From the IMG/VR virus record IMGVR_UViG_3300025168_000059: a stretch of 64,000 bases of DNA; one strand, given 5' to 3'. The notes beneath the pieces are model-generated. The model ran no database searches and had not been told where the DNA came from. It worked only from the letters and a program-made list of their open reading frames with translations. A program made the position numbers and the translations under genes. Source of the DNA: an uncultured virus (IMG/VR IMGVR_UViG_3300025168_000059). Taxonomy: Duplodnaviria; Heunggongvirae; Uroviricota; Caudoviricetes. Each line of letters begins with the position of its first letter. Positions within the stretch are counted from its first letter, which is position 1. Below are positions 9,576 through 19,222 of the stretch, piece by piece.

Positions 9576-12500
9576 TTATTTACAATTATTGCTTAAGTTA
9601 TCAATTATTCCTTTACTCTTTTTACCTTGTTTAAACTTTTTCTTTTTAGCTGCTGGAGCTTCTGGACTAGTTTCTGCTATCTTAGTATTCTTAATAATCT
9701 CTGGCGCAGTCTCTCCTAGTATATTCCCTTTTTTAAAGGTTACTCTAGGACTGTTAAACATGCTTTCTCCTTTCTTAACTAGATCTGTAGATAGTATAGA
9801 GTTATAACCTGCATCCTGAAGTCTTGGGCCTTCTCCTAACTCTTTAGAGTCAAATAAGTAATCTTGATAAGTATCATGCTGTATTCCGGTCACGGGACTA
9901 AGATAAGGAGTTTTTGAATTCATTAATGCTTTGTCTACATTGTATTTTTTAGTTTCTAAAAAGTTTGATAAATCTTCAACTATATCAATTTTTTCTTTTG
10001 TAGTATCACTTCTACGTCCAGTAAATTCCCCATCTTTTTCAGTTACTAAACTAATTATAGCTTCATTATTATTTATAGCTTTTACAAACTCATCTTCGTT
10101 TATTCTAACTAACTTCCCTAGTTTAGGGCTTTTATATATTATATACTTTTGTCCACTTTTAAACGCATCAAATTTTAAATAACTATTATTAGTATTAGCA
10201 CTTTCTACGTTTGTACTATTAGCTACAATACTTGCAGCTGCTTCATAATTTTTTTCTCCTAAATATTTTATAACTGCTTCTTTAGCCGAAGCATTTAAAT
10301 TAGAAGTCATAGCAATAGATACTCTAGATTTACTTGCAGGATTATTCTCTTGTTTAATAATAATTCCTACTTGATTATTAAATTTATCAGTAACCTCTCT
10401 TGTAATGTCAGTGTTAATATTATCTAACTCATTGTTTTTATTTTTGTCAGGATCTACCTCTCCAAGAGTCCATTGTCCAGTTTTTGGATCTCCTGCAATT
10501 TCGGGCTGACTTATAGCAATTAAAATATCATCGTCTTTTCCAAATACCTCTTTAGGGTTATGAAAGTAAAACTCATTTGTTTCAGAATCTATAGAGTTAT
10601 TAAAATTAGTAGCTAAAATTTGACTTATCTGTGTAGTTACCTTGTCCCCTCTTAATAGTTTATCTACAATTGCTTTTCTATCTTCATTATTAGAAGCCTC
10701 TAACTTGCCTATATAAGCATTACCAATTTTATAGTATATAGGAATTTCAGTCCAAGACTCTTCTGCTTTATTTAGCCTGTCAGACGTATAGTAATCGTTT
10801 TCTATAATCTCAAACTCTATTTCTTCTTCTAATATATTGTCTTTTAACAATAAGTCTGGTTGTAGTAATATAGGTTTACCGTTTAGTTGATCAGGATCTT
10901 TTTCAATAGGAGTTCCTTGACTGTCTACAGGTATTTTATATATAGGATCTTCTGGAGTCCCTACATTAATTACTTCATCTGTGTTTGTTGCAGCTACAAC
11001 ATTAAGCTCTCCGGTAGAGGTAGTTACAGGGTCAGTTTTTACAGCAGGTGTACTAACAAAAGACTCTACTATTCTTTTCCCGGGTTTATTTTCTGCTATT
11101 TTATCATCATTTTCAGCTCTTACTATATTATCATTCATTGTAACCGCTTCTCCATCTTCTTCAGTTACTATAGGCTTAGTAGAGTTCTTTTTTATTTTAT
11201 TATCTAGCAATTTAATAGCATTTTCTAAACCTTTTCGTTCTGCAGGAGACAAATTAGTTACCCCTTGAGAGTCAGGAACTAAAGACTGTAATCTTTTAAG
11301 TTGCTCTTTAAAAGGTTTGTCTTTATGCAGTTTTAAATATTTTAATTCTGCAGCTTTTTCTTCTTTTTCTAACTCTTTAGCTTTCTTTCTAGCATTTACT
11401 TTAGTTTCATCACTTGCATTATCTGTAGCTGCTTTCCTAGCATCTTCTGAAGTTGTAGCGTTTTCTATATCTTCATTTACTTTTTGATCTTGAGCTACTT
11501 GTTTAGCTTCTTCTTGATTTGCTTTTACTGTATCTTCAAATAAATCTTGAAAGTATTTACTTGATGCTAATTTATTGTATCTATCTATAGCTATAGAGCT
11601 GTCTGCAAACAATTCTATGTAGTCTCTTGATAATTTATCAAAAGCAGCTACTTCTGCAGTAACTCCTTTATTTATCATTTTTTGTTTTATTTCATTAAGA
11701 CCTTTAAGTATTATATTAAGCTCAGTTTCTGCATCATACTTTCCATCTTCTACGTTTAATAAATCTTCCCCTGGATTAAGTATTAGATCTATATCAGACT
11801 CTATGTTTACACCATTAAGTTTAGAGCCTCTTTCAATAACATTTTTCATTTGTTTTTGAATGCTTTCTAATCTTTCACTTTTATTTTCTATAGTAGAAGC
11901 ACTTAGTATTAGTTCCGCACGTAAATTTTCTCTTTTATTGTGCACAGCATCTTCAGCTTTTTGCTCTGCCTCAGACTTTCTTAATCTAGTTAAGCCCTGT
12001 GATTTAGGTATTGAAGGAAACATTTCATTTACATTATCATAAACTTTTTCAAACTTGTCTAATTTTTCTTCAATATTTTTTATAACATCAGTTTTAGATT
12101 GGCCTTCTGCTTGTTCTTCTATAGTTAGGTTTGTGTTAAAACCAAACGCTTTTGCAAATTCTACATCACTTAATGATTTTGAATCTTTTAGTTTTTCTTT
12201 AAATACATTAAACGTTCCATTTTGTATAGCCGCAAATGCATTATATTGTATTAACTTAAACTGAGCGTCTTTAAAAGCTTTTATATTACCAACAGTTCCA
12301 TCTGGCATTACTTCTTTTAAAGCATTTTCCATAGCTGTAAGAGCTCTAGATTTAGCGTTATGACTAAGCATTTGATTATTAGCATTATCCATAAAACCTC
12401 CATCAAGTAGAGTTTTTGCATAATCAGCTGCAGTTTTTCTTTGTTTAAAAGGTTTATTTATAATACTACTTCCTCCTGACATACCGCCTCCTACTAAGGC

Positions 12501-13781
12501 ACCCACTAACATTGACTCTAATCCTTCTTGACTTCCTAAAGTTTCTGATAAACCTTTATATAAAGATTCAGTTAAACTTGCAGCTCCCCCATTAAAGTAT
12601 TTATCTGTGTGATAATCTGAAGATAGTATTCCAGATGCAAATTGCCACCCTTCTTGAAATGCTTCAGTTCCGGCACCTACAGCAGTAGGTTTTAGTCTAG
12701 ATACAGTATTTCTAAGTTTTCCGTATATTCCTTTTCTGTCTCCTACAGAGTTAGCTACTTTATTTAATGCGTTTTCAAATGATACATCTTTATTTTTAAT
12801 TCTAGAAGCAGGTTTAAATCCAGCAACTTGCTTACCAAACATTATTAAATTACTCCCCATTAATACTGGCAGCTGATACATAAAGTTTCTATTCCCAGAT
12901 GCATATGAAGCGTCTTCTATACCTTTTAAATCTTCTTCACTAAACTGAGAAGCATCTTCAAATCCTCTTTTTTCCATTTCTAACTCTAATAAAGAATCAT
13001 ATGTATTTTTTTGATTTTCTCTTGCCTCTACAGACGCTTCAGCTAAAGACATGTAAAGTCCCATCTCAGTCATATTAGCTGCATTAACAAATCCTTGTCT
13101 TGTAAATTTACTTCCTTTACCTACAGCACTAGCTACTTTAGTTCCCGTTGATAAAGCTTTAGCAGTATTATACATTTGCATAGCTTTTGCTCCTCTCCCA
13201 ACTAGTCCCACACCTCCAGTTAAAGCTATTGTAGCTATAGACCCTAAACTATACCCAAAACCGTTTGCTACTGTATCTGCCCAAAAGTTAGCGGTACCAA
13301 GCTTTTGCCCTATAGACATGTCTTGCTCTTCTTGAGTTCTATAATTAGGAAAAGATTCCCTCATAGCCTCATTCATTTTATCTATATTTTTCCCAATAAA
13401 ATTATCGTAATAAGCTCCTCCTGTAGCTAACTCTCCTAGACCCGCTACTATCCCTAGAGTATTTTCTGCTACAGCCCCTAATGTAGTAACACCGGCTTTA
13501 AGTAAACCATTCCCCCATTTATCTGCTGTAGATTGATTTTGAGATCGCTCTTCATCCCAGTTAAAAAATCTTGTTGTAGGTACTCCATACTTTTGATATT
13601 TACTTATATCATCTTTATAGATATTAGTAAAATTCATAGAGTCATACGGATGATAATCTTTTACATCTTTACCAGCATAACCTTCATATTTTCCTAATTC
13701 TATAGCTGCTCCACCTCCTCTAGGGCGTCCAGAGGCAGCCTCTTGTAAATTAGTTTGTGGGTTTAGACTAATCTTTACCAT
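9576..13781 (-). CDS. Giant virion/ejection protein with hydrophobic Gly/Ala-rich segments
   Basis: 1401 aa. Gly-rich hydrophobic helices in the N-terminal third (e.g. GFGYSLGSIATIALTGGVGLVG, MLVGALVGGGM). Sits directly before the vRNAP. Confidence 0.7.
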   Translation of the reverse strand: MVKISLNPQTNLQEAASGRPRGGGAAIELGKYEGYAGKDVKDYHPYDSMNFTNIYKDDISKYQKYGVPTTRFFNWDEERSQNQSTADKWGNGLLKAGVTTLGAVAENTLGIVAGLGELATGGAYYDNFIGKNIDKMNEAMRESFPNYRTQEEQDMSIGQKLGTANFWADTVANGFGYSLGSIATIALTGGVGLVGRGAKAMQMYNTAKALSTGTKVASAVGKGSKFTRQGFVNAANMTEMGLYMSLAEASVEARENQKNTYDSLLELEMEKRGFEDASQFSEEDLKGIEDASYASGNRNFMYQLPVLMGSNLIMFGKQVAGFKPASRIKNKDVSFENALNKVANSVGDRKGIYGKLRNTVSRLKPTAVGAGTEAFQEGWQFASGILSSDYHTDKYFNGGAASLTESLYKGLSETLGSQEGLESMLVGALVGGGMSGGSSIINKPFKQRKTAADYAKTLLDGGFMDNANNQMLSHNAKSRALTAMENALKEVMPDGTVGNIKAFKDAQFKLIQYNAFAAIQNGTFNVFKEKLKDSKSLSDVEFAKAFGFNTNLTIEEQAEGQSKTDVIKNIEEKLDKFEKVYDNVNEMFPSIPKSQGLTRLRKSEAEQKAEDAVHNKRENLRAELILSASTIENKSERLESIQKQMKNVIERGSKLNGVNIESDIDLILNPGEDLLNVEDGKYDAETELNIILKGLNEIKQKMINKGVTAEVAAFDKLSRDYIELFADSSIAIDRYNKLASSKYFQDLFEDTVKANQEEAKQVAQDQKVNEDIENATTSEDARKAATDNASDETKVNARKKAKELEKEEKAAELKYLKLHKDKPFKEQLKRLQSLVPDSQGVTNLSPAERKGLENAIKLLDNKIKKNSTKPIVTEEDGEAVTMNDNIVRAENDDKIAENKPGKRIVESFVSTPAVKTDPVTTSTGELNVVAATNTDEVINVGTPEDPIYKIPVDSQGTPIEKDPDQLNGKPILLQPDLLLKDNILEEEIEFEIIENDYYTSDRLNKAEESWTEIPIYYKIGNAYIGKLEASNNEDRKAIVDKLLRGDKVTTQISQILATNFNNSIDSETNEFYFHNPKEVFGKDDDILIAISQPEIAGDPKTGQWTLGEVDPDKNKNNELDNINTDITREVTDKFNNQVGIIIKQENNPASKSRVSIAMTSNLNASAKEAVIKYLGEKNYEAAASIVANSTNVESANTNNSYLKFDAFKSGQKYIIYKSPKLGKLVRINEDEFVKAINNNEAIISLVTEKDGEFTGRRSDTTKEKIDIVEDLSNFLETKKYNVDKALMNSKTPYLSPVTGIQHDTYQDYLFDSKELGEGPRLQDAGYNSILSTDLVKKGESMFNSPRVTFKKGNILGETAPEIIKNTKIAETSPEAPAAKKKKFKQGKKSKGIIDNLSNNCK

Positions 13782-13784
13782 ATG

Positions 13785-16178
13785 TTATATATCTTGATTA
13801 TTTCCTTTTAAAGAATCTTCTATTTTTATTAAACCTTCTTCTATTCCATGCGGAATATCATTAATTATAACTTTTTCTCGTGCATAATCAAATGTTACAG
13901 TTCCTTCAAAAATGTCTGGAGACCATTGTCCTGTTATATTCGAGTGTACACCAGATCTGTATAAAGTTCTAAGTCTGTATGACATAGAGTTAGTATACTC
14001 ATCTACAGAGTCTATACTAAATTGAGACGCATCTGCATAGTATGTTTCAATTTTTCCTTCTTCATTTTTAAATGGAATAGCTATTAATGCCATACCATCA
14101 GGCCTAGAAACATGAACTAGCCCTAATTGTTCTTTTACAATTGTAGGCGCTTTATCATCAGTCATTAGCCACACATCTTTTTCTGATTCTACTAGAGCTT
14201 TATAAGTAGTTGGGTTTCCGTTTTTATCCATTAATTGGAAGTTATCTGAATTAGGTAGACCTTCTTTAAGGAATGTTTGAATAGCTTTAGTTGTTTTTCC
14301 AGTTGGATCATTAAAACTAGTCATTACAACTGCATCTGTTTTAATTTCTTCATCTTTTAAAAACTTATTTATTTTAGCTTTTCCATCATCTACTATTGAC
14401 ATATGACTAGAAATCATCTTATCTATTCCTTGACTTGTTTCACCCGTAAAATCGTTTTTAATTCCTTCTGCAAGTTCAGGTGTTTCTAGTACTAGAGGAT
14501 CTACATCTTCCATATTTGCAGATTTAAAGTTTTGAGTTGCAATAATATTTACAACTTGTTCTTTTAATTCTCGATTATTATTTAACTCAGTAATCATTTC
14601 TCCAGGACCAAGACCGGATCTCCCTAATTGATCAAAAGCAGATTTTACAGAATTCATATCTAGATTAAATTTCTGATTTTCTAGATAGGTAATACCGTCA
14701 TAAGAAGCATTTAAATTAGAAGCTCCTTTTGCTATCATATCATTATATGCTTGAGAAGACATTTTATGCTCACTTATAAAAGCTTCTTCTAATTTAAGTT
14801 CTATTAACTCAGACATTCTTTGATGGTGTTGTATTTCTTTAGACATACGTCTAGCTTCACCATTACTTATTTTATAAGCAGAAGCTATTTCATCATATTG
14901 TTCTGCAGTTGTTGCGTTTAAAGCTATATCTACAAACTCTTGACCTTTTTCAGTAGCATATCCTTTAATAACATCTATTGAGTTACTATATGCTGCCTCT
15001 TTAGAAGTAATAGTATTTCCACCTAAAGGTTCTACTACTAAGCCATCAACTCCTACATTGTATTTAATATTAGGGAGATTTCCTCCTGTACCAGAGTTTG
15101 AAGCTTTAAGGCTAGATCCTTCTGTAATATCTCTAACTATTTTTTTAGATTTAACTCCTGCGTATTTTGTAATAGCAGCATCTGCGTAGCCGGCTCTTTT
15201 AGCGTCATAAGATAAAGTAGTTAGTATATCAACCTCACTTATGCCCGAATCTATAGCTTCTAGTATAGCTGATTCTTGCATTTCTAAATAGTCTAATTGT
15301 GCTTTTTCTGCTTTATTTTTTTTCTTACCTTCTAGTTTAGTTATTTCAGTATCTAGATTAGTTAAAGCTTTATCTAACTGCTCTGCAGCTAAGGATTTAT
15401 TTGTATCAGGATTAACATCTCCTTTAAAGTAATTTTCTAAATGTGCTTTTTGTTGAATAGAAGAGTTAACATTAGGCTGGTTTAATACACTAGTAACTAC
15501 ACTTTGTACTAATGCAGGATCTAAATATTTTGTATATTCTCCTTGTTTTATGTAATAAGCAGGAGATTGTGTTTGCTCGTTAAATCCTTGTACAATTTCC
15601 ATGTTAGAATCATATGGAGTTTCTACACCTGTAGTGTCCATTTCAGACATTACTACGTCTTTCATGTGTTTAATAATTTCTTCTTCTATATTTACATCAT
15701 GTACGTAAGAGGCCCCATTAAACAAAGAGTCTTCTTGTACACTGCCGTCTAAATTATATTGAACACCTTTATAGTTATATAGCGCTTCATTTAATTTACC
15801 ATCTTTTGTTTCAGAATCTATTTTACCTGATTGATAATCTTTTTGTACTGAAGCAGCATAAGAGTCATATCTTTCTTTACTTGTTTTAATAGGATTATAA
15901 TCATTCATAAAAGCTCTAGCATCTTTTTGGATGGCTGTACCTTTCATTTCATAATTACCTTGATCTGCTCTTTGCTTTAACTTAGCATTATATGTTTCTA
16001 TAAGAGATTTTTTAGTATCATCATCTTGATCTAAAGATTGCATTTCTAAAACAGCTTGTGCTATTGCATCATCAGCTGCTACATTTTGCAAATATCTATC
16101 TCTAAACATTTTTGTCATCTCAACTGCTCCAGTATCTCTATACATTGATTGTGGAGCGGGTAATTGGTATCTTGCCAT
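13785..16178 (-). CDS. Virion cargo/ejection protein
   Basis: 797 aa, helical. Lies between the muzzle gene and the vRNAP trio, the crAss-like cargo-gene position. Confidence 0.55.
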   Translation of the reverse strand: MARYQLPAPQSMYRDTGAVEMTKMFRDRYLQNVAADDAIAQAVLEMQSLDQDDDTKKSLIETYNAKLKQRADQGNYEMKGTAIQKDARAFMNDYNPIKTSKERYDSYAASVQKDYQSGKIDSETKDGKLNEALYNYKGVQYNLDGSVQEDSLFNGASYVHDVNIEEEIIKHMKDVVMSEMDTTGVETPYDSNMEIVQGFNEQTQSPAYYIKQGEYTKYLDPALVQSVVTSVLNQPNVNSSIQQKAHLENYFKGDVNPDTNKSLAAEQLDKALTNLDTEITKLEGKKKNKAEKAQLDYLEMQESAILEAIDSGISEVDILTTLSYDAKRAGYADAAITKYAGVKSKKIVRDITEGSSLKASNSGTGGNLPNIKYNVGVDGLVVEPLGGNTITSKEAAYSNSIDVIKGYATEKGQEFVDIALNATTAEQYDEIASAYKISNGEARRMSKEIQHHQRMSELIELKLEEAFISEHKMSSQAYNDMIAKGASNLNASYDGITYLENQKFNLDMNSVKSAFDQLGRSGLGPGEMITELNNNRELKEQVVNIIATQNFKSANMEDVDPLVLETPELAEGIKNDFTGETSQGIDKMISSHMSIVDDGKAKINKFLKDEEIKTDAVVMTSFNDPTGKTTKAIQTFLKEGLPNSDNFQLMDKNGNPTTYKALVESEKDVWLMTDDKAPTIVKEQLGLVHVSRPDGMALIAIPFKNEEGKIETYYADASQFSIDSVDEYTNSMSYRLRTLYRSGVHSNITGQWSPDIFEGTVTFDYAREKVIINDIPHGIEEGLIKIEDSLKGNNQDI

Positions 16179-16183
16179 ATTAA

Positions 16184-19100
16184 TTATTTTTTATAGTTTC
16201 TCATCCTTCTTAGTCCTCCAAACTTATTTGACTCTTTGTAGCTTTTAGTTTCTTCATCCCATACTAGATTACCTCTACCTCCATTATCTAAATAAGCTAA
16301 AGTAGATCTATTGTATACTCCTGTATCAGAGCCTATAGCATCTGCCATAGCCATATCTGCTTTATAGTCTAGTATATCACCAAACCCTGTTTGTAGACTT
16401 GAAGCAAAACTACTTACTCCTGCATACTTTTGGAATTCCATATCGTCTTGACGTTTTTGTCTTCTAGCTGTATTAGATTCATCTATTTGATCTTTTCTAG
16501 CAGCTTCTGATCTAATCATTTGAGCATTAAATATAGACGCTTGTTGAGATCGTCTCATATTATCTAAAGTCATTTGTTGTTTTAACTGAGCTTCAGTGTT
16601 TTGTACTCCAATATTAGCTCTAGTTTCTGCAGCTCTAATATTAGCTTTAGCATCTTGTCCTTTACTAAACGCCATCATTTTATTAATCATATTAGCCGGG
16701 CCTCCACCAGAAGTTTCAATGTATTTATTCATACCTCTTACTTCGGCGCCTACATTAGATATATCTAGATTATAATCATATCTTTCTAGTCTTGGGGACC
16801 TACCTTCTTTTGCTACAACAGGACTTTTAAATCCTGGCGTATATTCTGCTTGTTGTGCGGCTGGCTGCTTATGGAACAAAGAATAAGCTGCCGGTATTAT
16901 ACCTGCTGCCATACCTAAATAAGCTGCTCCAGGAATTCTAGCGCTTCTGTCTTTATTTTGCTTAACTTTAGTTAAATCTCCAGACTCACTAGGATCGTAA
17001 TCTAATTGTCTATCTCCTTCAAACCAATTATTATTAGCATCTAATGTATATTCAGTTCCCTCACTGTCTGTATATGTTGTTTGTTCTGTTAATGCTGGAT
17101 TAGTTATCATAGTATACTGTGGAGAAGGATCCCTTGTTTCTGTTACACCGTCGTCTAATACATCATCTTTAGTTATAGTAGAATCTGTTTGCGGACCTAT
17201 TTCACGATTTGTATCTAATGTAAAATTACTAAGTTGAGGTTTTAATTCCCACTGATCTGTATCATCATTATACTGTAAGTTGTCTTCAGCTTTTTCATAA
17301 TCTTCTACACTTTGAATATCTAAATTTAAAAGATCTTTAGCTGCTTCATCAAACCTGTCTGTATTTCCACCTACTGGCGCTGGGCCGGTATCTTGAATTA
17401 ACTCACCTTCATTTTCTGAAGGTAGTACTGTGTTTTGCATTGGTATCCTAGGAATTTCTTTTGTTTTATTTTCTTCAACTACAACTTCGTCTAGTGCTTG
17501 ACTTATAGTAGTATTTTTTTCTATTGCAGTTTCAGTAGTATCATTTCCAAAAATTCCATCCTCGCCTAATGGTTTTGGATTATCTGGTGTCCCGTATTTA
17601 GCATTATAAGCTTTTTGATAAGCTATAACAGTATCATAATTTGATTCTCCATCTTCATTAAACATAGCATCAAAGTCAGTAATACCAGCTGCATCAAGTA
17701 CTTCTTGATCTACTTTACCCATCCAGTAATCTGGAAAATTATCTCCCAAAGCATTTATTAATTTTTCTGTATCAGACCCTTTGTCTACTCTATAGTTTTT
17801 ACCTCCAATTGTTTCTTTTGTTTGCCCTTGTGTAGTACCTTCTCTTTCTGGATCTGGCTTAAGATCTGTAGTTTGCTTTAACTCTTCTTGTTTAATTGCA
17901 TTTTCAAGTTCTTTTACACTCATAGTTTTCATTTCAGAAACAGGTATATTAAGCTCTTTACCCCTTGCTACTAATTCGTCATTCTTTGCTTTTTGTTCCG
18001 CAGCCTTTTGTTCAACTTCTCTTTCTTGTTGATCTACTATCATTTGTTCTTGTTCTATAGCATCAGATAGTTCTGATTCTGTATTTTCCCATTCTGATAA
18101 CTCTGTTTGATAATTTGACATTGCTTGTTCATGCTCTGCTTTAGCATTATTATAAGATTCTAATTCTTTTTGAAAAGCTTCTTCTTTTTTCTTATCTGCT
18201 CTCATTTCAGCTGTTGTAGGTGTTCTACCAAAATAACTAGTTTTTTTAAACTTAGGTTCTTTTAAATTAAAAGTAGGGGGTGTAGGTTTAGTAGCTTCAT
18301 GTGTATTATAAGCATTTTCTGCGGTCTCTAACTCTCCACCTGTTTGATACTTCATTACTCCTCCTAGCTTAGCTGTTTGAACTTTGTTAGGATTTCTACC
18401 TGCAGCTTGCTCTTGCATTTTAGCAAGTAAGTTAATTTCGTTTTGATCTCCACCATCTCTTAGTATGTCTTTATGCATATCAGCAAATGATCTACCACCC
18501 TTCTTTAGGTAAGATGAAAAGAAATAATCTCTTTTACCTCCTTTCTTAGCCATACTTACTTTATCCATAGTCTCTCCATCTTCTACTTCTGTTTGACTAT
18601 CCATCATAATACCACCTTCATCATGTGTTTGCCCATTAAATTGTACTGCATCACTTCCTGGTATAGGCTGCATTTCTCCTCCTGGTAATGCCATTCCACC
18701 TTGTTGGTATTGTTGCATTTGATCATACATACCACCTGTTTGCATTTTATTAAGATTCAATCCAAAGTCAATGTTATTCTCTCCTGCGTTTAATGCTAAT
18801 AAAGGGCCTTTACCTAATCCTGGAGTTGGTAATTTAATGCTTTCAGCAAGACTAAAAGCTGCTTTACCTTTTTTTACTTTTTTAGCTACTTTTATTCCTT
18901 TCATAACTTTTGCGCCTCTTGTACCTAATTTAGCTATTCCCGCTGCTTGTCCAAGTCCTGGAATCATAGATCCAGCATTTAAAGCTAAATCTCCCATTTG
19001 ACTTTTAGCTCTGGCTTTATCTCCTGTTAAATAGTTATATCCTGATCTTATAGCAGATATACCTGTATTTACAGCATCAGGAATAATACCAATTCCTGGA

Positions 19101-19210
19101 GTTAACCCCCCAACAGTAAGAGTATCTTGGATTTTATCCATCGTATTATATTTTACTCCTCCTGATTGATACTTATCTCTTAGTTTATCTATGAATTTTT
19201 TTCTATACAT
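16184..19210 (-). CDS. Multi-module virion cargo protein (PT-TG-like N-terminus, GxxHxxGG/EVEDGE motif, PG-binding-like segment)
   Basis: 1008 aa. GLTPGIGIIPDAVN...ALNAGSMIPGLG resembles a pre-toxin TG domain. Also FNGQTHDEGGI..EVEDGE, VIAYQ...LGEDGIFGNDT and many xQxGG motifs. Confidence 0.6.
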   Translation of the reverse strand: MYRKKFIDKLRDKYQSGGVKYNTMDKIQDTLTVGGLTPGIGIIPDAVNTGISAIRSGYNYLTGDKARAKSQMGDLALNAGSMIPGLGQAAGIAKLGTRGAKVMKGIKVAKKVKKGKAAFSLAESIKLPTPGLGKGPLLALNAGENNIDFGLNLNKMQTGGMYDQMQQYQQGGMALPGGEMQPIPGSDAVQFNGQTHDEGGIMMDSQTEVEDGETMDKVSMAKKGGKRDYFFSSYLKKGGRSFADMHKDILRDGGDQNEINLLAKMQEQAAGRNPNKVQTAKLGGVMKYQTGGELETAENAYNTHEATKPTPPTFNLKEPKFKKTSYFGRTPTTAEMRADKKKEEAFQKELESYNNAKAEHEQAMSNYQTELSEWENTESELSDAIEQEQMIVDQQEREVEQKAAEQKAKNDELVARGKELNIPVSEMKTMSVKELENAIKQEELKQTTDLKPDPEREGTTQGQTKETIGGKNYRVDKGSDTEKLINALGDNFPDYWMGKVDQEVLDAAGITDFDAMFNEDGESNYDTVIAYQKAYNAKYGTPDNPKPLGEDGIFGNDTTETAIEKNTTISQALDEVVVEENKTKEIPRIPMQNTVLPSENEGELIQDTGPAPVGGNTDRFDEAAKDLLNLDIQSVEDYEKAEDNLQYNDDTDQWELKPQLSNFTLDTNREIGPQTDSTITKDDVLDDGVTETRDPSPQYTMITNPALTEQTTYTDSEGTEYTLDANNNWFEGDRQLDYDPSESGDLTKVKQNKDRSARIPGAAYLGMAAGIIPAAYSLFHKQPAAQQAEYTPGFKSPVVAKEGRSPRLERYDYNLDISNVGAEVRGMNKYIETSGGGPANMINKMMAFSKGQDAKANIRAAETRANIGVQNTEAQLKQQMTLDNMRRSQQASIFNAQMIRSEAARKDQIDESNTARRQKRQDDMEFQKYAGVSSFASSLQTGFGDILDYKADMAMADAIGSDTGVYNRSTLAYLDNGGRGNLVWDEETKSYKESNKFGGLRRMRNYKK

Positions 19211-19222
19211 AATTTTTAATTT

